NCBI RefSeq assembly: GCF_006345805.1
Contig: NC_043002.1
Span: 10,540,001-10,604,000 of the forward strand
Direction of reading: 5' to 3'
DNA: 64,000 nt
Source: Octopus sinensis
Lineage: Eukaryota
In this document: piece by piece, positions 37,652 through 51,226 of the stretch
How positions within the stretch are numbered: the first letter of the stretch is position 1
Layout: the number at the start of each line of letters is the position of its first letter
The notes under the pieces: generated by a model
What the model saw: only the letters and a program-made list of their open reading frames with translations
The model's database searches: none
What the model was told of the DNA's origin: nothing
Translations under genes and position numbers: made by a program

Positions 37652-38417
37652 TCGGGAATAATCTATCCCCCAGGTGAATCCTCATCCCAAAACTTTATGA
37701 GCACAGGTCTTCCATTTTTATTCTTTATTTTAGGTGTATTCACAGACCACAATATATAATACAACCCACTTTCTTTAAAATGGAAAGACGTCATGAGGTA
37801 CCTCTGGCTGCTATTCCTAGTAGATTGAGGGACGATAAAGGGTGACAATCGCTTACTTGTAATTTATCAGATTTCCTATTGAAGAAAATAGATATTTAAG
37901 CTCTGATGCGACCGAATATGACGATTATGTTACAAATTTGAGGAATGTATTTCATATTATTTATGATATTTTAGTACGGTGATGAGAATATGCTCATGAC
38001 ACTAGCGAGCCTCTGTAAATGGTGAAGGGCGAGGAAGGAGACCTGCACCAAATACTTGTAACAAAGTGGGGTCCACTGATGGTATCCAAAGTGCTGGCTA
38101 GGGGTGTTAAACTAAGCAACAGTTTTAATCAATCACCCAAGTATGCTATCTGGGTAACTCAGAACTCATTGTGTCAGAACAAATATTGCAAGGGACCCTG
38201 TCGAACGTTTTGCAGCGATGGTCCCCCTTTATCGTCCTTCAATCTGCTAGAAATAGCAGCCAGAGGTACCTCATGACGTCTTTCCATTTTAAAGAAGGTG
38301 GGTTGTATTATATATTGTGGTCTGTGAATAGAATAAAGATGGGATAATCACAAATGGAAGACCTTTGCTCATAAAGTTTTGGGAAGAAGATTTACCTGGG
38401 GGATACACTATTCCCGA
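37652..38417. repeat. Inverted repeat with ~200-bp arms and ~360-bp spacer
   Basis: 37652-37853 is the reverse complement of 38214-38417, e.g. TTTAAAATGGAAAGACGTCATGAGGTACCTCTGGCTGCTATT. Confidence 0.9.
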
Positions 38418-39649
38418 GTTTTGCAGCTACCCCGAAGACCACCCTTGATTAGTACTATTTTATCGACCACAAAAATATGAAAGTTATGGTTGACAGCTTG
38501 TGATCAACAGCTACCGCAAAATGTCATTAAGGTCCCTCATTTCGTTGCAGCAGAAAGGTTTAAGAAACAATATACAATGTATATAAATAATATACAAAAA
38601 ACAATATACAATGTGATGCAGTACGAAGTTTTGTCAGTAAACAAGTTGTGGTCTCAAAGCGACGAAAATATTTTGGCAAATTAAATTTAAATGTTGAAGT
38701 GAATCTAACGGTTTTGTGTGTTTCTTAAATAGCCTATAAACACCTCCCGCGCTGCAGTATACAACGCTATCAATAGTAATTTTATGTTTCGATACAGACA
38801 ATATTAAAGGAATATTGATATCAAAACGTTAATCATAGCCGAACATATGAGAACCGAGTTAATTGTGTTGGACAGAAAATAAAAATTTAAACGATATGTA
38901 GAGTTATAACGGTTATCTATTTTGCAGATGGAAATATTTCTATAAAGCTTAATGAGGAAAAGAATATTTTTCTGACAGCTGTTTCGAAACTGCGCAGTTT
39001 GTGCATTATATTTGTATCTATTTGGAGCATTCGTTTGTTATGAAAAGCCTAAAAGTTGGTACCAAAACGTTAGTTAATCCCAGGATACAAATTGTAAAAA
39101 CCAGCCATCTGGGATTTTACAAATGCAATCTGTAACGTCGACAGAAAAATATGCAAGCTACTTCCTTACTCAACATATAACGCTTCAACGGTATTAACTA
39201 AACTCTAGTTACAGACACTTGAATGATTGTCAGAAAAATAATTCGTTTTTGTAGAAATCATTCAAATAATTGGAAAGATTAATGAGAAATACATACAGGC
39301 TATTCACGAGAGGTAGAGGAATGAATATTGCCTCAGTCGAAAGTGAAGAATATTTTTTTATGAATGCCTGAGAGGGTGAGGAATGGAGGAAGAAAGGAAG
39401 GGGAATCAAAAGTGAGTGACGTTGGAGGTGGTAAAGTAGAAGGAAGAGGAGAATAGTGGTGATTATTTATCAGTGTTAGTTGGGGGTGACTGGGTTAATT
39501 AGGGGGCAGGGAATTCGTAAATAACTTCAGTGAAGGTTAATACATACATTCTATATTCATATGAATACGAGTTGTAGAAATTTAATTAAACAGCTAGCAA
39601 TCATATTCGTAAATACAAGCATTCACATCTACACATATACAAGGCTAAC

Positions 39650-39708
<59 letters not shown>

Positions 39709-39714
39709 CATACA

Positions 39715-39802
<88 letters not shown>

Positions 39803-40361
39803 AAGGAAAATAAGCTAAGAGAAATAATTCAAAACCTCGAAATGGCCAGTGGCATGTACTTGACAAATTCTAATATATCAAATACCATTCAGCCAAAAGT
39901 TCTTGATATATCTAACTTATCTCCGCCTCCACAAGAGGCATCATAATTACTAAATGCCAATTATGACCACCTCCCCGTTAGAAGGGGAGATAATTTCAAA
40001 GTTCAAGATTTTCTCATAAACTTACATCCCATTCAGGAAAAGACAGGCTTATTATCTCGGTTCAAGAGGAAAGAAGTGGACACGTGTTGCTAGTTTAATA
40101 GCGTTCATCAGCACGTTATGTCTTTGTACGACCATTTATTTTCAATCACTAGAGGATTTGGACTTATATTAAAATAGTACAACACATTTATGGCCAAGGT
40201 ATGTTGTATCGTTTATACAAAAATCTGCTAAGCGAAATAACTCGAAGTCGCCAAAATGCGTGCGTATATGTGTGTGTGTGTGTGTGCGCATGTGCATGTG
40301 TGTGTATGTGTGTGTGTGTGTGTGTGTGTATGTGTGTGTGTATGTGTGTGTACACAGTGGG

Positions 40362-40577
40362 TGCAATTGCAAGCTGACAGAAACGTTAGCACGCCGGGTG
40401 AAATGCTTAGCAGTATTTCGTCTGTCTATACGTTATGAGTTCAAATTCCGCCGAGGTCGACTTTGCCTTTCATCCTTTCGGAGTCGATAAATTAAGCACC
40501 AGTTGCATACTGGGTCAGTCTGATCGACTGAACCTCTCCCCCAAAATTGCGGGCCTTGTGACTAGATTAGAAAAGAA
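40362..40577 (+). mobile_element. SINE-A (tail1)
   Basis: Head, central domain and GGGCCTTGTG..AGAAAAG tail. Confidence 0.88.
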
Positions 40578-41085
40578 ATTGTAGCAATTAACTTAGAGAC
40601 CACGCCAAACAGTCTTTGTTGAAAAGAGTGCATATTTTTCATGTCGACCCAAGTGCCACTCGCAAAGCTCCCCTCACAATAAGCCACACTTTTTCATTGA
40701 GAGCTTTGATTATTTTGGGAATGCAACTTCACAAATTAACAGCGCTTCTAATTCCCTGGTTTTGAAATTCCTTTCTAATGAGTCGCTACACTGATTTTGT
40801 TGAACTCTGACAAGACGTTTCTAGTTCTCTGTTTTTGTCTCTCAGTCGGGATCATCGATGCCAGCGCTTTTCTAGTGTGTTTCTTTTGGACATTCTGAAT
40901 AGTTCTGTCTAATTGAAACTTATCTCCAATTCAAGAGATTCTAACCCGTGTAGGTGTATCTGTTTGTCCTGGATTCTTCTAATTTCAATTGCGTTTTCAA
41001 ACTTAGAGAAGACACTTTATCTTAACTTTGTTTCAAGCTTGAATATATCAATTGAAACATATAAATGCATTTATATACATGAGTG

Positions 41086-41392
41086 GTGGAGGCGCAATGG
41101 CACAGTGGTTAGGGCAGCGGACTCGTGGTTGTAGGATCACGGATTCGACTCCCAGACCGGGCGTTGTGAGTGTTTATTGAGCGAAAACACCTAAAGCTCC
41201 ACTAGTCTCCGGCAGGGGGGGGGATCCCTGCTGTACTCTTTCACCACAACTTTCTCTCACTCTTTCTTCTGTTGGCCTGCTCGCTTAGCCAGCGGGGTGG
41301 TGTCATTTGAAGACTAAAACAATGCGAAGCGCAGTGTGACCAGCGACGTGTAGCAACATCTGATAGCCTGGTCGATCACGGTGATCACGGTG
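41086..41392 (+). mobile_element. SINE head C + tail X
   Basis: A/B boxes; 13-bp TSD ATATACATGAGTG. Confidence 0.92.
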
Positions 41393-42034
41393 ATATACAT
41401 GAGTGTGTGTGTGTGAGAGAGAGAGAGAGCTGGTGTATGTATTTATACATGATGAGCATAGATCAATTAAAAGCCAGATTAAAATGTATGCTAGGGTTGA
41501 TATGATCAACTATAAAACGTTTCGGTGACATTCCTCCAGCATGGCCACAGGCCATCTAGCCAACTAATATTAGAAACGTATTCGAGAATAAAAGAATACG
41601 CCTATGTATATACAGGAATAAGTTTGTACATATATATGAAAACACATGTAGTCACGTATGAGAATACATAAAAAGAAATTTCGTCGGAATTCATCGAGAG
41701 AATATATAATTACGTACACATGTTACACAGCTTATTGTGTCTTATTCTGTGAGAACAGCAAAGAGAGAAAATTTAACCTGATTAATGAAGCTATTATAGT
41801 TTTGTTTCGAAATATTAGCATGGCAAAAATCGATAAAACCACGTTTTTTCATTGTCTTTCATTTAAGATGTAAGAGAATAAACAGGTGAGTTTAATGACT
41901 AATAAGCAACAGCTAAAACATATATTTGCAAAGGTAGAATACGTATATACATTCAGCCGTGCATATATATTAGTGTATTTGTGTGTAGGTGAGTGCGTGT
42001 GTATGTATGTGTCCGTATGCATTTATGTGTAAAT

Positions 42035-42424
42035 GTGGAGGCGCAATGGCCCAGTGGTTAGGGCAGCGGACTCCCAGTCGGAGGATCGCGGTTTCGATTC
42101 CCAGACCGGGCGTTGTGTGTGTTTATTGAGCGAAAACACCTAAAGCTCCACGAGGCTCCGGCAGGGGATGGTGGCGACCCCTGTTGTACTCTTTCGCCTC
42201 AACTTTCTCTCACTCCACTCTTACTTTCTGTTTCTGTTGTACCTGTATTTCAAGGGGCCGGGCTTGTCACTCTCTGTTTCACGCTGAATATCCCTGAGAA
42301 CTACGTTAAGGGTGCACGTGTCTGTGGAGTGCTCAGCCACTTACACGTTAATTTCACGAGCAGGCTGTTCTGTTGATTCGGATCAACCAGAACCCTCATC
42401 GTCGTAACCGACGGAGTGCTTCCA
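42035..42424 (+). mobile_element. SINE head C + tail Y
   Basis: A/B boxes; TSD TA(T/C)GTGTAAAT. Confidence 0.92.
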
Positions 42425-42819
42425 TACGTGTAAATACATATAAACATATGTGCGTAATTATGCATGAAAGTTTCCTATTTATAAATATTTAAATTCTTTT
42501 CCTGAGGAAGGAACTGGTTTCTAACAAAGATAAACTACTCCATCGTTAGAACGTAGATAATGAAAAACAATGTCAAATTATAAAGCTGAGAAAAGTCTTG
42601 AATATTTTACCATTTCACTAACAGATGGTTTTTGTAATGTGCGAGTTAATTGGTTGAATGCTTTTTACTGAAAAACACTAACTTATCCAGTTTATCATTT
42701 GGGCATTTATTGAAAAAACGTAGGGTATATATTATGGTATAAATTAATTTGTAATCTGTATATAGGAGCTGGAAGTTTCCCAGCAGTTATCCCTAATTAT
42801 TATTTTCTCCTTTATATTT

Positions 42820-43030
42820 ACACTTTACTCTCTTTTACTCTTTTAATTGTTTCAGTCATTTGACTGCGGCCATGCTGGAGCACCGCCTTCAGTCGAGCAA
42901 ATCGACCCCGGGACTTATTCTTTGTAAGACCAGTACTTATTTTATCGGTCTCTTTTGCCGAACTGCTAAGTGACGGGGACGTAAACACACCAGTATCGGT
43001 TGTCAAGCAATGCTAGGGGGACAAACACAG

Positions 43031-43065
<35 letters not shown>

Positions 43066-43232
43066 CATATATACGACAGGCTTCTTTCAGTTTATGTCTA
43101 CCAAATCCACTCACAATGCATTGGTCGGCCCGGGGCTATAGCAGAAGACACTTGCCCAATATGCCACGCAGTGAGACTGAACCCGGAACCATGTGGTTGG
43201 TAAGCAAGCTACTTACCACAGAGCCACTCCTG
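42820..43232 (-). mobile_element. SINE-B, full length
   Basis: Reverse complement of the 61586-62033 consensus. Confidence 0.92.
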
Positions 43233-43774
43233 TGTATATATATGTATATGTATTTGTACATAGACTGATCAATAAGCAGTTATCCCTAGTTACTATTTTC
43301 CCCGTATATGTACGCATGTATATATATATATGTGTATATATTTGTACATGGACTGATCAGTAAGCAGTTATCCCTAGTTACTATTTTCCCCGTATATGTG
43401 CGTATGTATATATATATGTATATATATTTGTACATAGACTGATCAATAAGCAGTTATCCCTAGTTACTATTTTCCCCGTATATGTGCGTATGTATATATA
43501 TATGTGTATATATTTGTACATAGACTGATCAATAAGCAGTTATCCCTAGTTACTATTTTCCCCGTATATGTGCGTATGTATATATATATGTATATATATT
43601 TGTACATGGACTGATCAGTAAGCAGTTATCCCTAGTTACTATTTTCCCCGTATATGTGCGTATGTATATATATATGTATATATATTTGTACATGGACTGA
43701 TCAGTAAGCAGTTATCCCTAGTTACTATTTTCCCCGTATATGTGTGTGTATATATATGTATATATATTTGCACA

Positions 43775-43980
43775 ATTTTTCTTTCCTTCTTTCTCTCCTT
43801 TTTTACTCTCCTTTTTTTCTCTCCTTGTTTCTCTCCTTGTTTTTTCTGTGTCCCTTTCTGTAGAAGAGCGTAGGCTCGAAACGTAAAAGACTTTTTCTAT
43901 TCCTAAGCGTTACACTAATACATCTGTTTGTTTTGTACACCACCTGTCTTCGTCTTTTGTTTTTTTTCGTAAACTCTCCC
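43775..43980 (+). mobile_element. Family E: short PLE 3'-end element with minimal HHR-like motif (43854-43889)
   Basis: CUUU CUGUAGA A GAGC-GUAG-GCUC GAAACGUA AAAG; homologous to the 3' end of the PLE at 24075-26540; flanked by TATATTTG on both sides. Confidence 0.75.
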
Positions 43981-44504
43981 TATATTTGTACATAGACTGA
44001 TCATTAAGTATCCAGTCTGCTGCCATAATAACGAAGCTAAAGCACGCAGAGTAAAGCCGCTTGGCACAGATTGACCTTGAACTCTCTTGTGCATGTGCAC
44101 TAAGTTTTAACATTCTACATCGATATATCATCGAACACACATACTCAGTGCATATGCTTGCTTGATCGCTGGTGGCTTGCCATTTGATGCAGCGGAGATA
44201 ATGCTCTCAATGTCCCTAGTATTAGAGCACTTGAGAGTCATAAACAGGCGAGACAACTCACCTCGAGTCCCATTCCAGAGTGATCGAAGTTGATGATTCG
44301 TCATTTTTGTTGCTTATCAACATCATGTAGCTGATTCGACGCTTTGGGAGAGTCATCGCCATCATGTGAAAGCGCAGCCTACTGGCGAACGAGCAAAGCG
44401 CATATATTGTGTATGGTTATTCGGTAATGTTTGCAACACTAGCGCTGCTTCTAACATATATTTGAATTTATTCTCCGGGCATAGCAACAGAAGTTTTCTT
44501 TTTA

Positions 44505-44737
44505 TACCTATTTCTTTACTACCCACAAGGGGCTAAACACAGAGAGGACAAACAAGAACAGACAAACGGATTAAGTCGATTATATTGATCCCAATGCGTA
44601 CTGGTACTTAATTTATCGACCCTGAGATGATAGAAGGCAAAGTCGACCTCGGCGGAATTTGAACTCAGAACGTAGCTTTAGACGAAATACCGCTAAGCAT
44701 TTCGTCCGGCGTGCTAACGATTCTGCCAGCTCGCCGC
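44505..44737 (-). mobile_element. SINE-A (tail2)
   Basis: Full consensus. Confidence 0.9.
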
Positions 44738-45241
44738 GCTTTTTTTTATACCATTTTACATATAGCCATAGATAGACAATTCAACTCACCTCCAATTCAG
44801 TTCAGTATGTGATATTGATAAATCACAAAAATGGCGAAAAATCTATGTCGATCATCGCTCCTGAATGGGACTCGAAGCTAATTGTCTCACCTGTTTCTGA
44901 CTTCCAGGTGTGTTAACCCTCGGCGCTTGAGAGAATAATCTCCACCGCGTCAAATCGCATCCTACCGGCGAGCGAGCAAAGCTCATATATTGTGTACGTC
45001 TGTTTGATAATGTCTGTAGCTTTAGCGCTAATTCTAATTCAAATTTGAAGATATACCTCTCCTCCACACACACACAGACACACATACGATAGACTTCCAC
45101 TGAGTTCTCGAGTACCAAATCCATTTGGAAAGAATTGGTTAACCCGAGGCAATAGCAGAAGGCATCCACCTAAGATGTCACGTTCTGTGACAGAACCTGC
45201 AACCGCGTGGTTGCATAATGAGCCTTTTCAATAGTGCGTGA

Positions 45242-45297
<56 letters not shown>

Positions 45298-45346
45298 ATG
45301 AATTTATTCCTACCTTTATCCTGCTGTCATAGCAACAGATTTTCTT

Positions 45347-45584
45347 AATACCTATTTCTTTACTATCCACAAGGGGCTAAACAGAGAGGGGACAAACAAG
45401 GACAGACAAACGGATTAAGTCGATTACATCGACCCCAGTGCGTAACTGGTACTTAATTTATCGACCCCGAAAGGATGAAAGGCAAAGTCGACCTCGGCGG
45501 AATTTGAACTTAGAACGTAACGGCAGACGAAATACGGCTACGCATTTCGTCCGGCGTGCTAACGATTCTGCCAGCTCGCCGCCT
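45347..45584 (-). mobile_element. SINE-A (tail2)
   Basis: Full consensus. Confidence 0.9.
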
Positions 45585-46559
45585 TGCTTTTTTTTTTTAT
45601 ACCATTTTACATATAGCCCTAGATAGGCAATTCAACTCACCTCCGATTCAATTCAGGTAAGTGATATTGATAAGTCACAAAAATGGCGAAAAATCGATGC
45701 CGATCATTACTCCAGAATGGGACTCGGAGCTAATTGTCTCGCCTGTTTCTGACTTCCAGGTCTGCCAACCCTGAGAGAATACATACCATATACATTATTA
45801 ATTATACATTGCACTATTGGAAGAAAACACAGCTAACGTACCAGTTATTTATCAATGAATATGTGTGTGTGTGTGTGTCTGTGTCTGTGTGTATAATGAA
45901 GTAGAATGTATATTTTTGCAATATGTGTATGCAGAGGCACATGCGTATATGTAATATTTCTATGTATTTACTAATGTGAATGAATTATTGCGTACTTGTA
46001 GTAATATAAGTATAAGCATTTCCCCGGTCTTCCTTTATTTTGCAACAAAATGATTTCAATAACGCTAATAGAATTTATTGAACACTTGAATAAACCTTGA
46101 ATTATAAAAGAAACTTCCTAGGAAATGGTTAATATTCATCTTCACAAAACGTACACTTTACTCTCTTGTTAAAGTGAACATCCATTAAAATCTGAAATAT
46201 TTTTTAAAATTCCGATATTTTAATATTAAATAACCTTGATCGTCAATATTGCATATTTTAAAAGTAAGTGATCGTTTTCTATTAATAGTTAATTTTGGAG
46301 AATTTCTTGAAAATGAGTTGGTATAATCTACCTCAGCGAAATATTGGAGCAGCTTATATTTCTACATGAGTCTGTGTGTCTGTCTCTGCCTTTCTCTGTC
46401 TCTCTCACTGTCTCTCTCTCCTCCGTCTCTTCCTCTCTGCTCAAATAAGTATTTCATAGTGAAGGACAATGAGATGTTGAACTTCAGCAATTGATATAGG
46501 TTGTTACTTATATATTGTAATCGCTATTTTACTTCCAGTTGAACACAGATCAAGATGAC

Positions 46560-46753
46560 ATTATTTTCCTCAATAGGCACATGATTGGAAGCTTTAGGGG
46601 AACGGGTTTGATCATTATATCGACGACCCATGCGCTCGATCAGCACTTATTTCATCGATCCCGAAAAGATGAAAGGCAAACCTACTACGGTGTGAGAAAC
46701 ACCGCTAAGCATTTTGCCCGGCGTGCTAATGATTTAGCCAGTTACCCACCTTA
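46560..46753 (-). mobile_element. Decayed SINE-A
   Basis: ATCGATCCCGAAAAGATGAAAGGCAAA..CCGCTAAGCATTTTGCCCGGCGTGCTAA. Confidence 0.7.
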
Positions 46754-47204
46754 AAAGATTAAGCAGACAATGATGAAAGGAATCCTTGCTCGACCATCCT
46801 GTCGACTAACTGTTATTCATTTTATGCATTGTATATCCAGAACTATATTATATAACATGTTCTTTTAAAAGATGAATAGGTGTACTATGAAGTTGATTTG
46901 CCTGCTGATTCTAGTAGATCAAGTAACTGCAAAAAAGCTCTTATATTGATCCATATTTTAATAGTAGAATTTCGAAATATAAAATAATGGTTACGTAGTA
47001 TGTTATTATGCTACTTTAGAACAGTTAGCTCTCGTTCAAACCCGTAGAGTTCAGTGTGAATAAATCAATCTTATTGTAATACTGTTAGCAATAGCATAGC
47101 TTCCAGCCACTGAAGGTATTTCCACGAAAATAGAGATATATAAATATCCCCTGTCACTACCTATATGATGTCTAGACAGTGGTAAAAAAAAGTTTCAGAA
47201 AAGA

Positions 47205-47632
47205 TATACCGTAAGAAACATCTGGAAGCTCCTGGATGGACTTGTCCCAAAATTGTTATGGTGACATCAAAGTAGAGCGTCGTTGCATACTGACAAAGAT
47301 CCATCAAAGCACGGGATCAGATATCGCTATAGTTTGGAATTGAAAGGCTCTCAGCTCTTCAGTCTTCTCCCAAAAGACTTGCGATACCCAGACGCGGTGA
47401 GTGTAAAAGTTTTCAAAACGAAACTTGGTCTCCTCCAGTGAAAACAAAACTGGATCTGCTTCGGTCCAGATGAACTAAAGTCACGAAAGGAAGCGCAAAT
47501 GAGGGCAGCAGCATGAAACTCACTCATTCAGTAATACCAACTATTAAATAATGATTAACGAAAGCGTAGCAAGACCAACTGGAGCTACCCCAGCGCGACT
47601 GTCATTCATGCTCTGAAACTAGTAAAAGACAG
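47205..47632 (+). mobile_element. Older decayed copy of the same LINE 3' end
   Basis: ATCTGGAAGCTCCTGGATGGACTTGTCCCAAA, CAGCTCTTC, CCAGATGAACT, ATGAGGGCAGCAGCA and CTGAAACTAG match 9850-10260. Confidence 0.8.
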
Positions 47633-48048
47633 AATAAGAGAATATCTTTAATGAGTAATGGAACCGGTTTTAAACATTTAATTTCAGACTAAAATTGATG
47701 GTTAAACTCCATAATTCAAGCTTAGATACCATTGGGGACGTTCTTTTATAATGAGATTTCTCCCAGTAAAATATATAAAGTTTGTATGAAAGACGAACAG
47801 GAACAGAATTAAATGTTTACAGATCGCAAAATCGAGGCAAAGTAAAAGTTAACCAGTTCTTTACAAACAACTGAAAATTATGAATCGGAGGTAAGATATA
47901 TAAAACGTGAGTTCGAGACTATGTGGTTAAGGAGTTCACTTAGCAGAAGGAAACTGTGTTGATGCCTGCCCGTCGGATGTGCAGATGTATATACATACAC
48001 ACACACACACATACATATATATGTATGTATACATATATGTATGTATGC

Positions 48049-48141
<93 letters not shown>

Positions 48142-48179
48142 ATGTATATATATATATGTATGTATATATGTCTGTATGT

Positions 48180-48560
48180 AGGCGCACGGTGACTGTGTGG
48201 TAAGAAGCTTGCTTCCCAACCACATGGCTCTGGGTTCAGTCCACTGCGTGGCAACTTGGACAGGTGTCTTCTGCTATAGCCTCGGGACGACCAATGCCTT
48301 GTGCGTGGATTTGGTAGACGGAACCTGAAAGAAGCCCGTCGTGTGTGTGTCTATGTTTGTGTATCTGTGTTTGTTCACTCATCATCGATTGACAACCGAT
48401 GTTGGTGTGTTTATGTCCTCGTAACTTAGCGAGTCAGCAAAAGATATGGATGGAATAAGTACTTAGCTTACAAAGATTAAGCCCTGTGGCCGATTTGTGC
48501 GACTAAAGACAGTGCTCCAACATGGCGGCAGTCAACTGACTGAAAGAAGTAAAATAATAC
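48180..48560 (+). mobile_element. SINE-B with minimal internal microsatellite
   Basis: Full head and tail; only a short (TG) run inside. Confidence 0.88.
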
Positions 48561-48644
48561 AAGAATATATACATATATATGTGAGTGTGTGTGGAGAGAG
48601 ATAATGATATATATATATATATATATATAAATATTTATATATAT

Positions 48645-48686
<42 letters not shown>

Positions 48687-48969
48687 GTTGTTTGTTCCTT
48701 CTAAAGCCACGCCGAGCTCATTCGGGCCGGTTTCCCGGTTTCCTTGACGTATAGGTTCCCCACATGGACGGGGCGCCGGTCCGTCGCAGGTGAGCTGCAA
48801 GATGCAGGAGGTAGGAGTGAGAGAAAGTTGTGGTGAAAGAGTCAGCAGAAGTTCACCATTACCTTCTACCGGAGCCGCGTGGAGCTTAAGTGTTTCGCTC
48901 ATAAACACACATATTGCCCAGTCAGAGATCGCGAGTCCGCCGCTCTAACCACTAGGTCATGTGCCTCCA

Positions 48970-48970
<1 letters not shown>
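48687..48970 (-). mobile_element. SINE head C + tail Z
   Basis: Matches 17633-17934. Confidence 0.9.
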
Positions 48971-49007
<37 letters not shown>

Positions 49008-49619
49008 CACACACACACCACACACACACAAAATAAAATATGTACTAAAATAATTTAGACTCCACAAGCATTTTCTCAGAAAGCAAATATATGCAATCGT
49101 TTATAGTCTGTAAGTATAGTGGCTCTCGTCCTTTGTCAAATCTATTAACTAAATCTAACGAATGTGTATAATAGACAGAAAGGTTTGTTATGTTACATTG
49201 TAGCTACAAAAACGGCGAGAAAACGGGGACATAAACAAACCAACATCAGTTATCAAGCTGTTGGTGTGGACAAACACACACATAACTAAGGACATACGCA
49301 CGCTCGCACATACACATCACTTTTCCACAGAGTTTATGTCAAGCAAATTCACCGACAAACCATTGGTCAACCTGCTTGAGGTACCGCATGGTCTGAACCC
49401 CGAATCCGTGCTTGCAAAGTGAGCTTCTTCACCACACAGCAATGCCTGCCTCTGCATAAAATTTTGATAGTGGAGGCGAGGCAAATCACAAACTATAGTA
49501 CCATTGTAAACTAACAAAAGATGCGCCATTTCCAACACGAGTCAGATTAAATACTGCAAAATCTAAAATGTATTATCCCCATCTAAATGTAACATGCAAG
49601 CAGAAAAAGAAAATAGATT

Positions 49620-49785
49620 CAAACACTTGGACATTATGCTGAGTAATAATACACCGGATGAATCTACATCAGAGCAAAAAAGCACAAACGAGATCACAAG
49701 CTGTTTAATTTACCAAATATCGAACGCAGAACGAAAACTGCAGAAACGTTGTTACTGCAGCTGTAGACTTGCTGAAACCAAATGG
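49620..49785 (+). mobile_element. Trace of the same LINE 3' end
   Basis: KHLDIMLS..PDESTS..LIYQI resembles KLDIFLSRVPDEPTS..ILHQV; ends GCAGCTG..GCTGAAAC. Confidence 0.4.
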
Positions 49786-51042
49786 TTGTAAACAATAAAA
49801 ATTACAGAGTAACAATACCAATTAACAAAGAAAGTTTTAATGAAGCTAAATCACTAATAGGTGAGACCAAGAAGTGTTATTACCTTAGAAAAATCACTCC
49901 GATACCAATCAGCTAATGGAAAAATCACGGTATTTTTATTTTATGAGCGGAACCAAAATTTTGAATGTCGGTATCATTGTGTGGATTTTCACTGAGTAAA
50001 TTAAAAATTCTTTTAATTAGATCAATTATAGTCTCTAATTTTTATATTACAATTTTCTGCTAATCTTCATTAATTTACTAAGAAAAAAAATATAAAACGT
50101 ATTTAAAATCTAAAACTATGAGATAATGAACATTAATTTTATAAAGAAAACGCAGGATCAATTCGATCAGTATATATACTGATAAAATTAACTGCCGAGA
50201 AATGTAGGGCGCTGCACAAGCTTCGTTAGCGGAATAATGAGGTTATTGCGCTTTTTAAACATTTTTCTTTGTATCATTAAAATATACGATAAGTGCAATA
50301 TATGCTATGTTCATTTTTATGCATCTAGCTTTAGAGTGGCCAATTATGTCGTTATTTCATTGCGCGTGCTTGTTTAATTCCCAGTGCAATTATATGTACA
50401 TATAAACGCATATATACAACTACAACAAACCATGCAACGCGCATACGCCCACGTACTCATCTACACACGCACCTTACATGCTCGCACGCACAGACGCATG
50501 AATTTCACACAAACACACACGCATAAATTTAGCACAAACACACGCACGCACTTTCACACATACACACATAAAATTTTCCAATCGGTATTTTCACACTTAC
50601 CGTGTACTTGACGTGTATGGTAGACGTGTGGGAGGAAGTTCTTCGGGGAGGTTCAGCAAGTGATTGCAAATGGAGCTGGAGACAGCCCGGGCGGTAGAAG
50701 TGAAAACTTTCTTCGTCAATGCATTAACTATAACGCCATCATGTCTGAGAAAATGGGGTTAGGAGTGATACTAAAAGTTTTGTTTACTTGAGAGACAAAA
50801 GTCTGGTTGCAGTTTCCTAAACGATAAAACATACAATGTATGCGAAGCATGAAGGATTTCCGTCTGAAAGAGTAAAATGTGTCATAGCATTGAATAAAAT
50901 CCACTCAGATATGTGAAATGGGTTTTTTACCGTGTAATTGTAAAAAGTGCTTTTCACTGCTACTTATCCAAAACCGTTGTGTGTAAACCAGTCGGGGAGA
51001 TCGGGTTTCGAGTTTTGATTGTGTAAGTGGTGTGATTTCATT

Positions 51043-51112
<70 letters not shown>

Positions 51113-51139
51113 ATAAGCAACAAGGATATCCAGAGGCAA

Positions 51140-51226
51140 TGCAATATGATCGTTTCATGCAACTGCATTTAATTCAACTATGCAATAATTACATCAACTT
51201 AAAATGCAGAGCAATCTTCAGCTGCA
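51140..51226 (-). ncRNA. Type I hammerhead ribozyme with extended stem II
   Basis: UGCAG CUGAAGA U UGCUCUGCAUUU...AAAUGCAGUUGCA U GAAAC GAUC AUA/UUGCA: stem I UGCAG/UUGCA, palindromic loop 3 (GAUC). The 3' tail runs into (TA)n. Confidence 0.7.

Larger units (their letters stand above)
42781..44008 (+). repeat. 86-88-bp minisatellite, seven units, both terminal units interrupted by insertions
   Basis: CAGTTATCCCTA occurs at 42784, 43277, 43365, 43451, 43537, 43623 and 43709. Confidence 0.92.
44100..45775. repeat. Diverged tandem duplication (SINE-containing unit) plus an inverted partial copy
   Basis: 44480-44920 resembles 45325-45772; 44340-44470 resembles 44925-45050; 44100-44290 is the reverse complement of ~44848-45010. 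Confidence 0.8.

Noticed and set aside
41086-41165. tRNA gene candidates (also 2482, 42035, 17860-17934, 58107)
   Set aside because: A/B boxes are present but there is no proper acceptor stem, and they run into SINE bodies with TSDs; these are SINE heads.
41510-41555. GAAACGTT hammerhead-like half on the minus strand
   Set aside because: No CUGANGA with a paired stem II; it overlaps a SINE-B/LINE tail remnant (CTCCAGCATGGCCACAG).
43250-43770. CRISPR-like regular repeat
   Set aside because: The intervening segments are near-identical microsatellite, not unique spacers; eukaryotic context, no cas genes.
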